Origin: Chloroflexota bacterium
Lineage (GTDB): Bacteria > Chloroflexota > Dehalococcoidia > Lucifugimonadales > Australimonadaceae
NCBI GenBank assembly: GCA_028874795.1
Contig: JAPPHT010000060.1
Coordinates: forward strand, 15,498 to 79,497
Reading direction: 5' to 3'
DNA: 64,000 nucleotides
Shown: positions 8,465 to 16,439 of the stretch, in pieces
Numbering within the stretch: the stretch's first letter is position 1
Layout: each line of letters starts with the position of its first letter
Program-made: the position numbers and the translations under genes
The notes under the pieces: model-generated
What the model saw: the letters and a program-made list of their open reading frames with translations, nothing else
Databases searched by the model: none
Told to the model about the DNA's origin: nothing

Positions 8465-10087
8465 GTGGGCAGGGTCCTCGTAGCCGACCCAATTGACGAG
8501 CTTGGGATCGCGCGGCTGAAGGCCGCCGGACACCGGGTGGACGTCCGCAAGGGTCTCAGCGAGGACGACCTGTGCGCCATCGCCGGCGACTACGAGGCGA
8601 TGGTCGTTCGCAGCGAGACGAAGGTCACCGCTCGCGTCATCGAGCACGCGACGAGGATGGTGGGCATCGGCCGCGCGGGCGTGGGCGTCGACAACATCGA
8701 CGTGGACGCGGCCACGCAGCACGGCATCGCGGTCGTGAACTCGCCGACCGGCAACACGATCGCCGCGGCCGAGCACGCGTTCGCGCTCATGATCTCGCTC
8801 GCCCGCAACATCCCGCAGGCGGACGCGTCGATGCGCCGCAGCGAGTGGACGCGCTCCCGCTTCATGGGCGTTGAGCTGCGCGGCAAGACGCTCGGCATCG
8901 TCGGGCTCGGACGCGTCGGCTCGGAGGTCGCGCACCGGGCGCGTGCCTTCCAGATGCACGTCATCGCGTATGACCCCTACGTGTCGATGGAGCGCGTGCG
9001 CAGCCTCGGAGTGGAGTCCGTCTCCATGGAGCGCCTGCTCCGCGAGTCGGACTTCATCAGCATCCACACGCCGCTCACCTCCGGCACGAAGAGCCTCATC
9101 GGCGGGCCGGAGTTCGCGCTGCTCAAGCCGGGGGTCCGCATCGTGAACGCGGCGCGCGGCGGGCTCGTGGACGAGCGTCTGCTGCAGGAAGGGCTTGCGA
9201 GCGGCAGGGTCGGCGGCGCCGCGCTGGACGTCTATCCCGTCGAACCGCCGCAGGACCTGCCCCTGCGCGAGGAGCAGCGGGCGGTGCTCACACCCCACCT
9301 CGGTGCGTCCACGGAGGAGGCGCAGGTGGAGGTGGCGTTGGAGGTGGTCGACCAGTTGCTGGCCATCCTGGGCGGCGGCGCGGCGCAGTACACCGTCAAC
9401 ATGCCGTTCGTTCCGCGGGAGGTGATGGAGGCGCTCGGGCCCTACCTGCCTGTCGCCACGACCATGGGACGCCTCGCCATCCAGCTCGCCGACGGCCAGC
9501 TGGAGACTGTCGCGGTCCGCGTGGCCGGGGAGATAGCGCATCACGACAGCGAGATACTCGCCTCGGCGGCGCTGGTGGGCGTGCTCGGCGTGGCGACGGA
9601 CATGCGCATCAACCTCGTGAACGCCCAGGCGATGGCACAGGAACGCGGCATCAGGATCGTCGAAGAGAAGGACCCCGAGGGAGCCGAGCAGTACCTGAAC
9701 CTCGTGGGCGTCGAGGTGCGCTCCACGGGCGGCACGGTCTACACCGCGGGGACGTCGGTGCACGGCACGGTGCACCTGAACCGGCTCAACAGCTTCTCCC
9801 TGGACATGGAGCCGAGCGCGCCCTACATGCTCTTCACCACCCACACGGACCAGCCGGGCATGATCGGTAAGGTCGGCACGATAGCGGGGCAGCACGACGC
9901 CAATATCTCGTTCATGGAGGTCGGCCGCGCTGCGCCGCGCGGCGCAGCCACGATGATCGTGGGGTTCGACGACCCCGTCACGGACGAGATGCTCGCGGAC
10001 ATAAGGTCCATAGAGGGCATGACCGCCGCCCGGCTCGTGACGTACCAGATCTCGGAGCCGGTGCAGCCGCGTCTGCGGGGAACGTAG
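8465..10087 (+). CDS. serA: D-3-phosphoglycerate dehydrogenase with C-terminal ASB/ACT regulatory domains
   Basis: 540 aa with a GTG start. It has the GIVGLGRVGSEVA Rossmann motif, RGGLVDE, a HLGAST catalytic His region, and a long C-terminal regulatory extension. Confidence 0.92.
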   Translation: MGRVLVADPIDELGIARLKAAGHRVDVRKGLSEDDLCAIAGDYEAMVVRSETKVTARVIEHATRMVGIGRAGVGVDNIDVDAATQHGIAVVNSPTGNTIAAAEHAFALMISLARNIPQADASMRRSEWTRSRFMGVELRGKTLGIVGLGRVGSEVAHRARAFQMHVIAYDPYVSMERVRSLGVESVSMERLLRESDFISIHTPLTSGTKSLIGGPEFALLKPGVRIVNAARGGLVDERLLQEGLASGRVGGAALDVYPVEPPQDLPLREEQRAVLTPHLGASTEEAQVEVALEVVDQLLAILGGGAAQYTVNMPFVPREVMEALGPYLPVATTMGRLAIQLADGQLETVAVRVAGEIAHHDSEILASAALVGVLGVATDMRINLVNAQAMAQERGIRIVEEKDPEGAEQYLNLVGVEVRSTGGTVYTAGTSVHGTVHLNRLNSFSLDMEPSAPYMLFTTHTDQPGMIGKVGTIAGQHDANISFMEVGRAAPRGAATMIVGFDDPVTDEMLADIRSIEGMTAARLVTYQISEPVQPRLRGT

Positions 10088-10258
10088 GGGAGTGGGGCTG
10101 CCGGTTCCTCGTCGACGCTCGGGAGGGCGGTGGAGAGGGGCTGGGCGTGAGGGTTGGTAAGGTGCGGGGCTGCCCCTGCACGTTGCCCGTCATGCGCTAT
10201 CATGGAGGACGCCTCGCGACGCACGGGGCGATCCTCTATCCGAAAGGCATCGCACGCA

Positions 10259-10705
10259 ATGGACTTCCACTACACGTACAAGGTCAACACGCCGCCCGAC
10301 GCGCTCTGGGCGTTCGTGACCGACATCCCTGCCGTCGGCATGTGCATCCCAGGTGCCGCGGACGTTACTGAGACGGACGGGACCTACACCGGCATCGTGA
10401 AGGTGCGCGTCGGGCCCGTGGCGCTGGGGCTGATGGGCAAGCTGCGGGTGGACTCGCGCGACGACGCGGCTATGCGCGTCTCGATGACGGGCGAGGGGGC
10501 TGACAGCAAGGTACCGGGCAACGTGCGTGTGAAGATCGATATGGCTGTCGAGGACGCAGGCGACGGCGGGAGCAACCTCGTCGTGCACTCGGACGCGAAC
10601 ATCATGGGCAAGCTGGGCGAGTTCGGGCAGGGCATCATCAAGCGCAAGACGGACGGCATCATGCAGGAGTTCGGGCGCAACCTGACGAAGAAGGTGAGTG
10701 GCTGA
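10259..10705 (+). CDS. SRPBCC-fold protein, CoxG (carbon monoxide dehydrogenase subunit G)-like
   Basis: Internal ATG of ORF 10154..10705. MDFHYTYKVNTPPDALWAFVTDIPAVGMCIPG...KLGEFGQGIIKRKTDGIMQEF matches the CoxG family pattern. Confidence 0.8.
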   Translation: MDFHYTYKVNTPPDALWAFVTDIPAVGMCIPGAADVTETDGTYTGIVKVRVGPVALGLMGKLRVDSRDDAAMRVSMTGEGADSKVPGNVRVKIDMAVEDAGDGGSNLVVHSDANIMGKLGEFGQGIIKRKTDGIMQEFGRNLTKKVSG

Positions 10706-10711
10706 GGCTAT

Positions 10712-11542
10712 CTACTCTCCCATGCCGAAGAGCCGGTCGCGGCGGAAGCCGAGGTAGTGTTCGGAGATGAAGCTGAGCGGCTTCTTCGCGTCCGGGATGC
10801 GGGCCTCCAGCGTGCGGTGGACAGTCGACATCTCCCCGGTATCGTATCGCGCCGCGTGGGCGTACATCTGCGCCGCGACAGTCTCGTACTCCTCCGTGCT
10901 CAGCCTCCGTCGGTAGGAAGACTGCGCTCGCAGGGCGCCCGTGCCCGGATAGCGGTGCGCGGTTGCGGCAAAGTCGGGGAAGATGCCAAGGATGAGCAGG
11001 CAGAGGTCGCCGGTCCGACGGTAGAGCGGGAGGCGCTCGTGCTCCTCGGTCTGCTGGATCAGCCGCAGCATCGAATGAACGTCCAGGTCGCTGTAGCGCA
11101 CCTTCCGCACCACGCCGCGCCGCACCCAGACGCGCTCCGTGTGGCTGTGCACCTTGGTGAACGACGCCAGCATCCCTGCGAGGTAGTGAAGGATGCGCGG
11201 CTGGGCTGCGAACGCCGCCACGTCCGCCGCGTCGAACACGGGCACGCGCTCGCCGGAGCGCGAGCCGGTACGCTCGAACGTGTGCTGCGCGCCCCGCAGT
11301 TCGTCCACCGCACGCCGCAGCAGCGCCTCGAAGTAGAGCCGGGGAGAGACTGGCGCGAGCGACCCGTCGTGCGGCAGTAACGCGTCGAACAACCGCTGGC
11401 TGCCGAGCAACTCCGCGCGGCGTTCCTCCTCCGCAAGGAGCAGCGGCATCTCGTCTTCCGCGGGAGCATCCGTCCCGAGCGCCTCGCGGATAAAGGCGAT
11501 ATCGGCGTAGGTCAGGCCCCTGTCGACGTTCCGCAGCTGCAT
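10712..11542 (-). CDS. Conserved hypothetical protein
   Basis: Start taken at MQLRNVDRG. The upstream 31 codons of ORF 10712..11635 translate a hairpin repeat (RWIPAFAGMT) and are not believed to be coding. Confidence 0.5.
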   Translation of the reverse strand: MQLRNVDRGLTYADIAFIREALGTDAPAEDEMPLLLAEEERRAELLGSQRLFDALLPHDGSLAPVSPRLYFEALLRRAVDELRGAQHTFERTGSRSGERVPVFDAADVAAFAAQPRILHYLAGMLASFTKVHSHTERVWVRRGVVRKVRYSDLDVHSMLRLIQQTEEHERLPLYRRTGDLCLLILGIFPDFAATAHRYPGTGALRAQSSYRRRLSTEEYETVAAQMYAHAARYDTGEMSTVHRTLEARIPDAKKPLSFISEHYLGFRRDRLFGMGE

Positions 11543-11591
11543 GCCGTGAGCGTAGCACAGGGCGTGGCGCTGGCATGGTGAGTGAAGCTCC

Positions 11592-11708
11592 GTCATTCCC
11601 GCGAAGGCGGGAATCCAGCGTGACCGGCAGGTCACACGGTGAGGGGGCGCGGTGAGTGCCTTATCCCCTCTCCTGAAGGAGAGGGTGCCGCGTAGCGGCG
11701 GGTGAGGG
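11592..11708. repeat. Hairpin-module cluster (F3 inverted, plus a short palindrome, plus F1-like inverted)
   Basis: Contains gtcattcccgcgaaggcgggaatccag, gtgaccggcaggtcac, and cccctctcctgaaggagagggtgccgcgtagcggcgggtgaggg. Confidence 0.8.
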
Positions 11709-11878
11709 CTGGTAGAGGCACCCGGCAGCCGTGTGACACCTGCCGCTTACGCCGTCGCCTCTGCATCCGCTATGCTGAGCATATGGCTGAGCCGCCTGCT
11801 CCTATAGATTGCATCTATGGCAGACCCGCGCAGCTATAGAGAACGCCTATGGGAGCGGAGCGGAAGTTCGAAAACGAT

Positions 11879-12028
11879 GAAATCTTGATGCCTCGGTCGC
11901 GGAAAGCAGGCCACGGCCTTGGAAACACCCCATATCAAGATTTCAAGATCCCAGATCCACCGGCTCTTCCACTCGTAAGATGCCGAGCAAGATTTCAACG
12001 GCCCCCGGATATTGAAATCTTGCTCGGC
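11879..12028 (+). promoter_or_regulatory. AT-rich structured leader/operator region upstream of the MBL-fold gene
   Basis: A perfect 17-bp inverted repeat gccgagcaagatttcaa (11982..11998) / ttgaaatcttgctcggc (12012..12028) with a 13-nt spacer. A second 11-bp inverted repeat gaaatcttgat (11879..11889) / atcaagatttc (11934..11944) shares the same core. Confidence 0.5.
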
Positions 12029-12057
12029 CCATCTCCGGCGTATGGAAGGAGGACGCC

Positions 12058-12846
12058 ATGCCGACGGTTGAGGTCCTGCTGCACGGAGAGTCCATCGCCA
12101 CGAACTACGGCTCCATCGGCTACTGCAGCACGCTGCTCGTGCGCGGCGACCGCAACATCGTCGTGGACACGGGGCACGTCGGCAGGCGGCGCGCGCTGCT
12201 CGAGGCCTTGGCCGAACGCAGCCTGGCGCCTTCCGACATCGACGTCGCGGTGATGACCCACTCGCACTGGGACCACGCACAGAACTACGACGTGCTCGAT
12301 TCCGCCGAAGTGCTGATCCACGAGTGGGAACGCCGCTATGCCCGCAACCCCCACCCCAACGACTGGGCGACACCCCTCTGGACGAGCGCCATGCTCGACA
12401 CCATCCCGAACCTCAAGGAGGTCGAGGATGGCTACGAGATCGAGAAGGGCGTTCGCATGCTGCACACGCCGGGCCACTCCGCGGGCACGATGGCCCTCAT
12501 CGTCGATACCTCGGAGGGGCCCGTGGCCATCACGGGCGACGGCGTAGCGAACGCCCAGGTCGCGGTGACGAAAGTGAACGCGAACGTCTTCTGGAGCGAG
12601 GAGGCCTCGCGGAGGAGCATCGAGCGCGTGCTGGAGGAGGCGGAGGTCATCTATCCGGGCCACGACCGTCCGTTCCGCGTGCTCCGCAGCGGAGGTGTGG
12701 AGCACATCGCAGCGCGGCAGCTCGTGTTCATGGGGGTCGATCTCGAGGACCCCAACGTGTCCGTCACCGCCGAGCGCCGCCCGCCGTATGTCATGCCGGG
12801 CCTCGACGGCCAGACGCTGGAACGCCTGGGCCTCAGCGGAGAGTAG
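12058..12846 (+). CDS. MBL-fold metallo-hydrolase (lactonase-like)
   Basis: The HSHWDHAQN metal-binding motif, HTPGHSAG, and GDGV...ANVFW are typical of the metallo-beta-lactamase superfamily. An RBS ggaaggagg precedes the ATG. Confidence 0.85.
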   Translation: MPTVEVLLHGESIATNYGSIGYCSTLLVRGDRNIVVDTGHVGRRRALLEALAERSLAPSDIDVAVMTHSHWDHAQNYDVLDSAEVLIHEWERRYARNPHPNDWATPLWTSAMLDTIPNLKEVEDGYEIEKGVRMLHTPGHSAGTMALIVDTSEGPVAITGDGVANAQVAVTKVNANVFWSEEASRRSIERVLEEAEVIYPGHDRPFRVLRSGGVEHIAARQLVFMGVDLEDPNVSVTAERRPPYVMPGLDGQTLERLGLSGE

Positions 12847-12861
12847 GGCCGGCGGTCTTGT

Positions 12862-12900
12862 CTCTTCCCCCTTGATGGAGGAAGGTCGGGATGGGGGTGG
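12862..12900. repeat. Single hairpin module (F6, inverted orientation)
   Basis: cttcccccttgatggaggaaggtcgggatgggggtgg is the reverse complement of the F6 copies at 30818, 38633 and 41543. Confidence 0.7.
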
Positions 12901-12971
12901 ATCGGACGGGCGGATGGGTGGAGGCGCCCCCGACGCAAGGGGGTTGACAGGCCGATGCCCAACCGGCCCGC

Positions 12972-13014
12972 TATTGATACTGACACTCTTGAACAGAAGA
13001 GTCAAGTATCAATA
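12972..13014. promoter_or_regulatory. Imperfect inverted repeat (candidate operator)
   Basis: The outer 10-bp arms tattgatact / agtatcaata are perfect, with inner actctt / aagagt arms. It sits in an AT-rich stretch of a 500-bp intergenic region. Confidence 0.35.
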
Positions 13015-13057
13015 TGCGAGTGGCGGCAAAACTGCGCTGAAATCGGCTCGAAACCGC

Positions 13058-13087
13058 TTGACAGTGCTTTAACGCGCTGCTTAAGAT
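13058..13087 (+). promoter_or_regulatory. Sigma-70-like promoter candidate
   Basis: ttgaca (13058..13063), an 18-nt spacer, then taagat (13082..13087). Confidence 0.35.
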
Positions 13088-13093
13088 TCATCT

Positions 13094-13208
13094 TGTCCTG
13101 AGTGACTGTGGTTTGAGTGAGCCGCAGGATGAGGTGGTCCCGGGGGACTGGGGGGCCGACTCCGAACGGCGATCTCGGGCGCCCCAGTTGCTCAGGACAC
13201 CTCTTTTA
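13094..13208 (+). ncRNA. Candidate structured small RNA or 5' leader (unclassified)
   Basis: It begins about 7 nt after the putative -10 box. A terminal helix tgtcctgag (13094..13102) / ctcaggaca (13191..13199) encloses an inner helix actgggg / ccccagt and is followed by cctctttt. No known RNA family was recognised. Confidence 0.25.
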
Positions 13209-13353
13209 ACACAGTCGTGGGGTCTTATACACGAACCCCGGCATCCGCGCCACCCCCTCCCTCCACATCCATCCTGCTCCGGCCATCGCCTTCTTCTGCC
13301 GCCAGCCGGCGTTATGCGCTATCCTCCGCCTCGCACTGGAGGAGGGAACACCC

Positions 13354-13767
13354 ATGGAACCCTTGCGACTTGACGAGGCGGTACGGATGCTCGAGGCGGG
13401 ACGTTCGAAGGCTGAGGAGCTCGGTATCCGCGTCAGCATCGCCGTGCTCGACCCGCGCGGCGACCTCGTCGCGCTGAACCGCATGGACGGCGCACTCTGG
13501 CGCAGCGTCCCCATCTCCCAGGGCAAGGCTGCGGCTTCGGCTGCCTGGGACATGCCGAGCGGCGACCTGGCCGACCGATGGGACCAGCCCGTCGTCCGCG
13601 CGCTCTCCATGATGGAGAACGGACGCCTTATTCCGTGGCAGGGCGCCTTGCCCATCCGGAGGGCGGACGGCACGATGATCGGTGCGATAGGCGTGAGCGG
13701 CGCTCGTCCGGCGGAGGATGAGGCGGTCGCCGTTGCCGGCCTCGCCGCGTTGGAGGCGCGCGGGTGA
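13354..13767 (+). CDS. GlcG/HbpS-like (DUF336) heme-binding protein
   Basis: 137 aa with VSIAVLDPRGDLVALNRMDGA...SQGKAAASAAW...GALPI...GAIGVSGA, matching the GlcG family pattern. Confidence 0.8.
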   Translation: MEPLRLDEAVRMLEAGRSKAEELGIRVSIAVLDPRGDLVALNRMDGALWRSVPISQGKAAASAAWDMPSGDLADRWDQPVVRALSMMENGRLIPWQGALPIRRADGTMIGAIGVSGARPAEDEAVAVAGLAALEARG

Positions 13768-14858
13768 CGCAGAGCTTCCACATCCGCGAGGAGGACGCGG
13801 TCCGCGTACCGGCCGGGCCGCTGCGGGAGGCAACCGAGGCACTGTTCCGGAAGGTGGGCCTTGCTGATGCTGACGCCGCGCTCGCGGCGGACGTGCTCAT
13901 CACCGCCGACCTCCGGGGCGTGGACAGCCACGGTGTCTCCAACATGCTGAAGGTCTACCTGGAGCGCTACCAGAACGGGGTGCAGAAGGCCGATCCCCAG
14001 TGGCGCATCGTGCGGGAGCGCGCGGGCTCCGCGAACATCGACTGCGACCGGGGGCTCGGCGTCATCATCGCGCCGAAGGCGATGGAGATCGCCATCGAGA
14101 AGGCGAGGAACACGGGCATCGGCGTCGTGACGATGTTCAACGGCGGGCACGTCGGCATGGCCGCCTACCACGCGATGCTTGCGCTGCCCCACGACATGAT
14201 CGGCGTCTGCATGACTGCGACCGGCCCGGATGTCGCGCCGACGTTCGGCCGCGCCCCGCGCCTCGGCACGAACCCTATCGCCATCGCCGCTCCCACGCTG
14301 GAGGAGCGCCCGTGGGTGTTCGACATGGCAACGAGCGTCGTGCCGGTCAACAAGGTGCGGAACGCCCGTCGGATGGGGACGCTGCTGCCGCCGGGGACCA
14401 TCGCCTCCGAGGACGGCACCCCGGTGATGGAGCCCGCCCCTGTGCCGGACGACTACATCCTGCTGCCGCTCGGCACGAACCGCGATGCCGGTTCGCACAA
14501 GGGATACGGCCTCGCCGTCGCGGTCGAGGTACTCTGCTCCCTGCTCGCAGGCTCGGACTACGGCATGCGGGTGGGGCGGCAGAACTACCGCCACTACGTG
14601 GCGGCGTACAACATCGACGCGTTCAGCGACGCGGGCGAGTTCAAGGCGCGGATGGACGACTTCATCCGCGAGTTGAAGGCGACGCCTCCGGCGACGGGCC
14701 ACGACCGCGTGCTCGTGGCCGGCGATCCGGAGTGGGACGCGCTGGAAGAGCGCTCGGCGCGAGGCATCCCGTTGCATCGCGATGTGGTGGAGTGGTTCCG
14801 GGGCGTCTGCGCCGAGTTCGACGTTGAGTGCAACATCCAGGGGCAACCGGAAGCATGA
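13764..14858 (+). CDS. Ldh_2 family oxidoreductase (malate/L-lactate/sulfolactate dehydrogenase type 2)
   Basis: 364 aa with ADLRGVDSHGVSNMLKVYLERYQNG and GSHKGYGLAVAVEVL, which are Ldh_2 hallmarks. Its GTG start overlaps the upstream stop (GTGA). Confidence 0.85.
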   Translation: MTQSFHIREEDAVRVPAGPLREATEALFRKVGLADADAALAADVLITADLRGVDSHGVSNMLKVYLERYQNGVQKADPQWRIVRERAGSANIDCDRGLGVIIAPKAMEIAIEKARNTGIGVVTMFNGGHVGMAAYHAMLALPHDMIGVCMTATGPDVAPTFGRAPRLGTNPIAIAAPTLEERPWVFDMATSVVPVNKVRNARRMGTLLPPGTIASEDGTPVMEPAPVPDDYILLPLGTNRDAGSHKGYGLAVAVEVLCSLLAGSDYGMRVGRQNYRHYVAAYNIDAFSDAGEFKARMDDFIRELKATPPATGHDRVLVAGDPEWDALEERSARGIPLHRDVVEWFRGVCAEFDVECNIQGQPEA

Positions 14859-15844
14859 GAGCGGCGTGGTATGAGCGGTACGGCCCGGCGCGGGATGTCT
14901 TCCACGTTGGCGAGATGCCGGACCCGGCGCCGGGGCCCGGCGAGGTGCTGGTGAAGGTCCACGCCTCCGGTGTGAACCCCTCCGACTGGAAGTCGCGCAC
15001 CGGCTCCCGTGGCCCGCAGATGCCGTTCCCTCGCATCGTCCCGCACAGCGACGGCGCGGGCGTCGTCGAGGCGGTCGGCGCGGGTGTGGACGCATCACGC
15101 ATCGGCGAGCGAGTCTGGCTGTTCGAAGGGCAGTGGCAACGCCCCTTCGGCACCGCCGCCGGGTACATCGCGCTGCCGTCGACCCATGCGCCTGCGCTCG
15201 CTGAGAGTGTGACGTTCCAGGAAGGCGCCTGCATCGGCATACCCGCCATGACAGCGCACCGCTGCCTCTTCGCGAGCGGACCTGTGGACGGTATGACCGT
15301 CCTCGTGACCGGGGGAGCCGGCGCCGTGGGGCACTGCGCCATCCAACTTGCCCGCTGGGGAGGCGCGACGGTCATCGCCACGGTGAGCTCGGACGAGAAG
15401 GCGGGACACGCGCTGCGCGCCGGGGCCGACCACACGATCAACTACCGTACGGAGGACGTGGGAGAGCGGGTGCTGGAGCTCACCAGCGGAGAAGGCGTCG
15501 AGCGCATCGTCGAGGTCGACTTCGGCGGGAACCTCGCCGCCAGCAAGCGCGCGCTCGCCCTGAACGGCGTCATCGGCTGCTATGCGTCCACCGGCGACCG
15601 CGAGCCCGCGGTGGAGTACCAGGCGTTCTCCCGGAAGAACGCGACCGTGCACTTCGTCCTCGTCTACTCGGAGCCGGAGGCTGCCAAGCGGCAGGCGGTG
15701 GACGACATCGCGAAGGCGATCGCGGACGGTGCGCTGACGCATCCTATCGCTGCCGTCATGCCGCTCGACGACATAGCCGCGGCGCACGAACTGCAGGAGA
15801 GCAACACTGCCATCGGCAATATCGTCCTGGACCTCTCGCGCTGA
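14855..15844 (+). CDS. NADPH:quinone reductase / zinc-independent MDR family oxidoreductase
   Basis: Internal ATG (MRAAWYERYG) overlaps the upstream stop (ATGA). PGPGEVLVKVHASGVNPSDWK and VLVTGGAGAVGHCAIQLA are typical of zeta-crystallin-like MDRs. Confidence 0.85.
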   Translation: MRAAWYERYGPARDVFHVGEMPDPAPGPGEVLVKVHASGVNPSDWKSRTGSRGPQMPFPRIVPHSDGAGVVEAVGAGVDASRIGERVWLFEGQWQRPFGTAAGYIALPSTHAPALAESVTFQEGACIGIPAMTAHRCLFASGPVDGMTVLVTGGAGAVGHCAIQLARWGGATVIATVSSDEKAGHALRAGADHTINYRTEDVGERVLELTSGEGVERIVEVDFGGNLAASKRALALNGVIGCYASTGDREPAVEYQAFSRKNATVHFVLVYSEPEAAKRQAVDDIAKAIADGALTHPIAAVMPLDDIAAAHELQESNTAIGNIVLDLSR

Positions 15845-15922
15845 AAGCGTAATCTGCTACGCTAGAAGCGCCGCGGAGGTCCCCGCCGCCGTCACGACGA
15901 TTCGGTACATGGGAGGGCCGAG

Positions 15923-16423
15923 TTGGAGAGCGAGTTAGCCCATAGCGAGTTGCTCCGGGGTTTCGGCCCCATACAGATCGAGCGTTTCCAGGACCTGGCC
16001 ACCATCATCACCGTCGAAGCGGGCAGCGAACTCTTCAAGAGCGGTGACTACGCGCAGCACCTCTACGTCGCGCTCGATGGCGAGGTCGAACTGCACATGG
16101 ACGTCCCGGAGTGGTGGGGCATAGACACGCCGCACCGCAAAGTATCCACAGCCAAGGCGGGGCAGATACTCGGCTGGTCGGCGCTCGTTGAACCTTTCGT
16201 CTACTCCCTCACTGCCGTCTGCGTCACGGACGCGACCCTCGCGCGGTTCGAGGGCTCGCAGCTGGCTGACCTGAGCGTGCGCGACCCGCATATCGGCTAC
16301 CGGTTGCTCAGCCAGGTACTCAAGGTGGTGTCCGGCCGGTTCCACACGCTCGCGGAAGCCGTCATGGCGCAGCGGGCCGTCCAGGTGTCGCAAGCGGCGA
16401 GCCGCGCCCACCCCGCGGACTGA
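15923..16423 (+). CDS. Cyclic nucleotide-binding domain protein (stand-alone cNMP-binding/Crp-like sensor domain)
   Basis: 166 aa; LLRGF...VEAGSELFKSGDYAQHLYVALDGEVEL...GQILGWSALV fits the cNMP-binding beta-barrel. No DNA-binding HTH was recognised. Confidence 0.65.
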   Translation: MESELAHSELLRGFGPIQIERFQDLATIITVEAGSELFKSGDYAQHLYVALDGEVELHMDVPEWWGIDTPHRKVSTAKAGQILGWSALVEPFVYSLTAVCVTDATLARFEGSQLADLSVRDPHIGYRLLSQVLKVVSGRFHTLAEAVMAQRAVQVSQAASRAHPAD

Positions 16424-16439
16424 GGAACGACCGGGGCGC

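Noticed and set aside
8189-9895. 568-aa ORF on the minus strand
   Set aside because: It is fully antisense to serA, which has clear family motifs. Its Arg/His/Ala/Gly-rich low-complexity translation is typical of stop-free antisense frames in high-GC DNA.
11543-11635. N-terminal extension of ORF 10712..11635 (MTCRSRWIPAFAGMTELHS...)
   Set aside because: This stretch is the translation of an F3 hairpin repeat (gtcattcccgcgaaggcgggaatccag). The ATG at 11542 is the more plausible start.
13113-13373. 86-aa ORF in the MBL/GlcG intergenic region
   Set aside because: Its Pro/Arg/His-rich translation has no RBS and overlaps the predicted structured RNA and the start of the next gene. It is treated as non-coding.
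13206-15098. 630-aa ORF on the minus strand
   Set aside because: It is antisense to the GlcG/Ldh_2/quinone-reductase operon, whose plus-strand products have strong family signatures.
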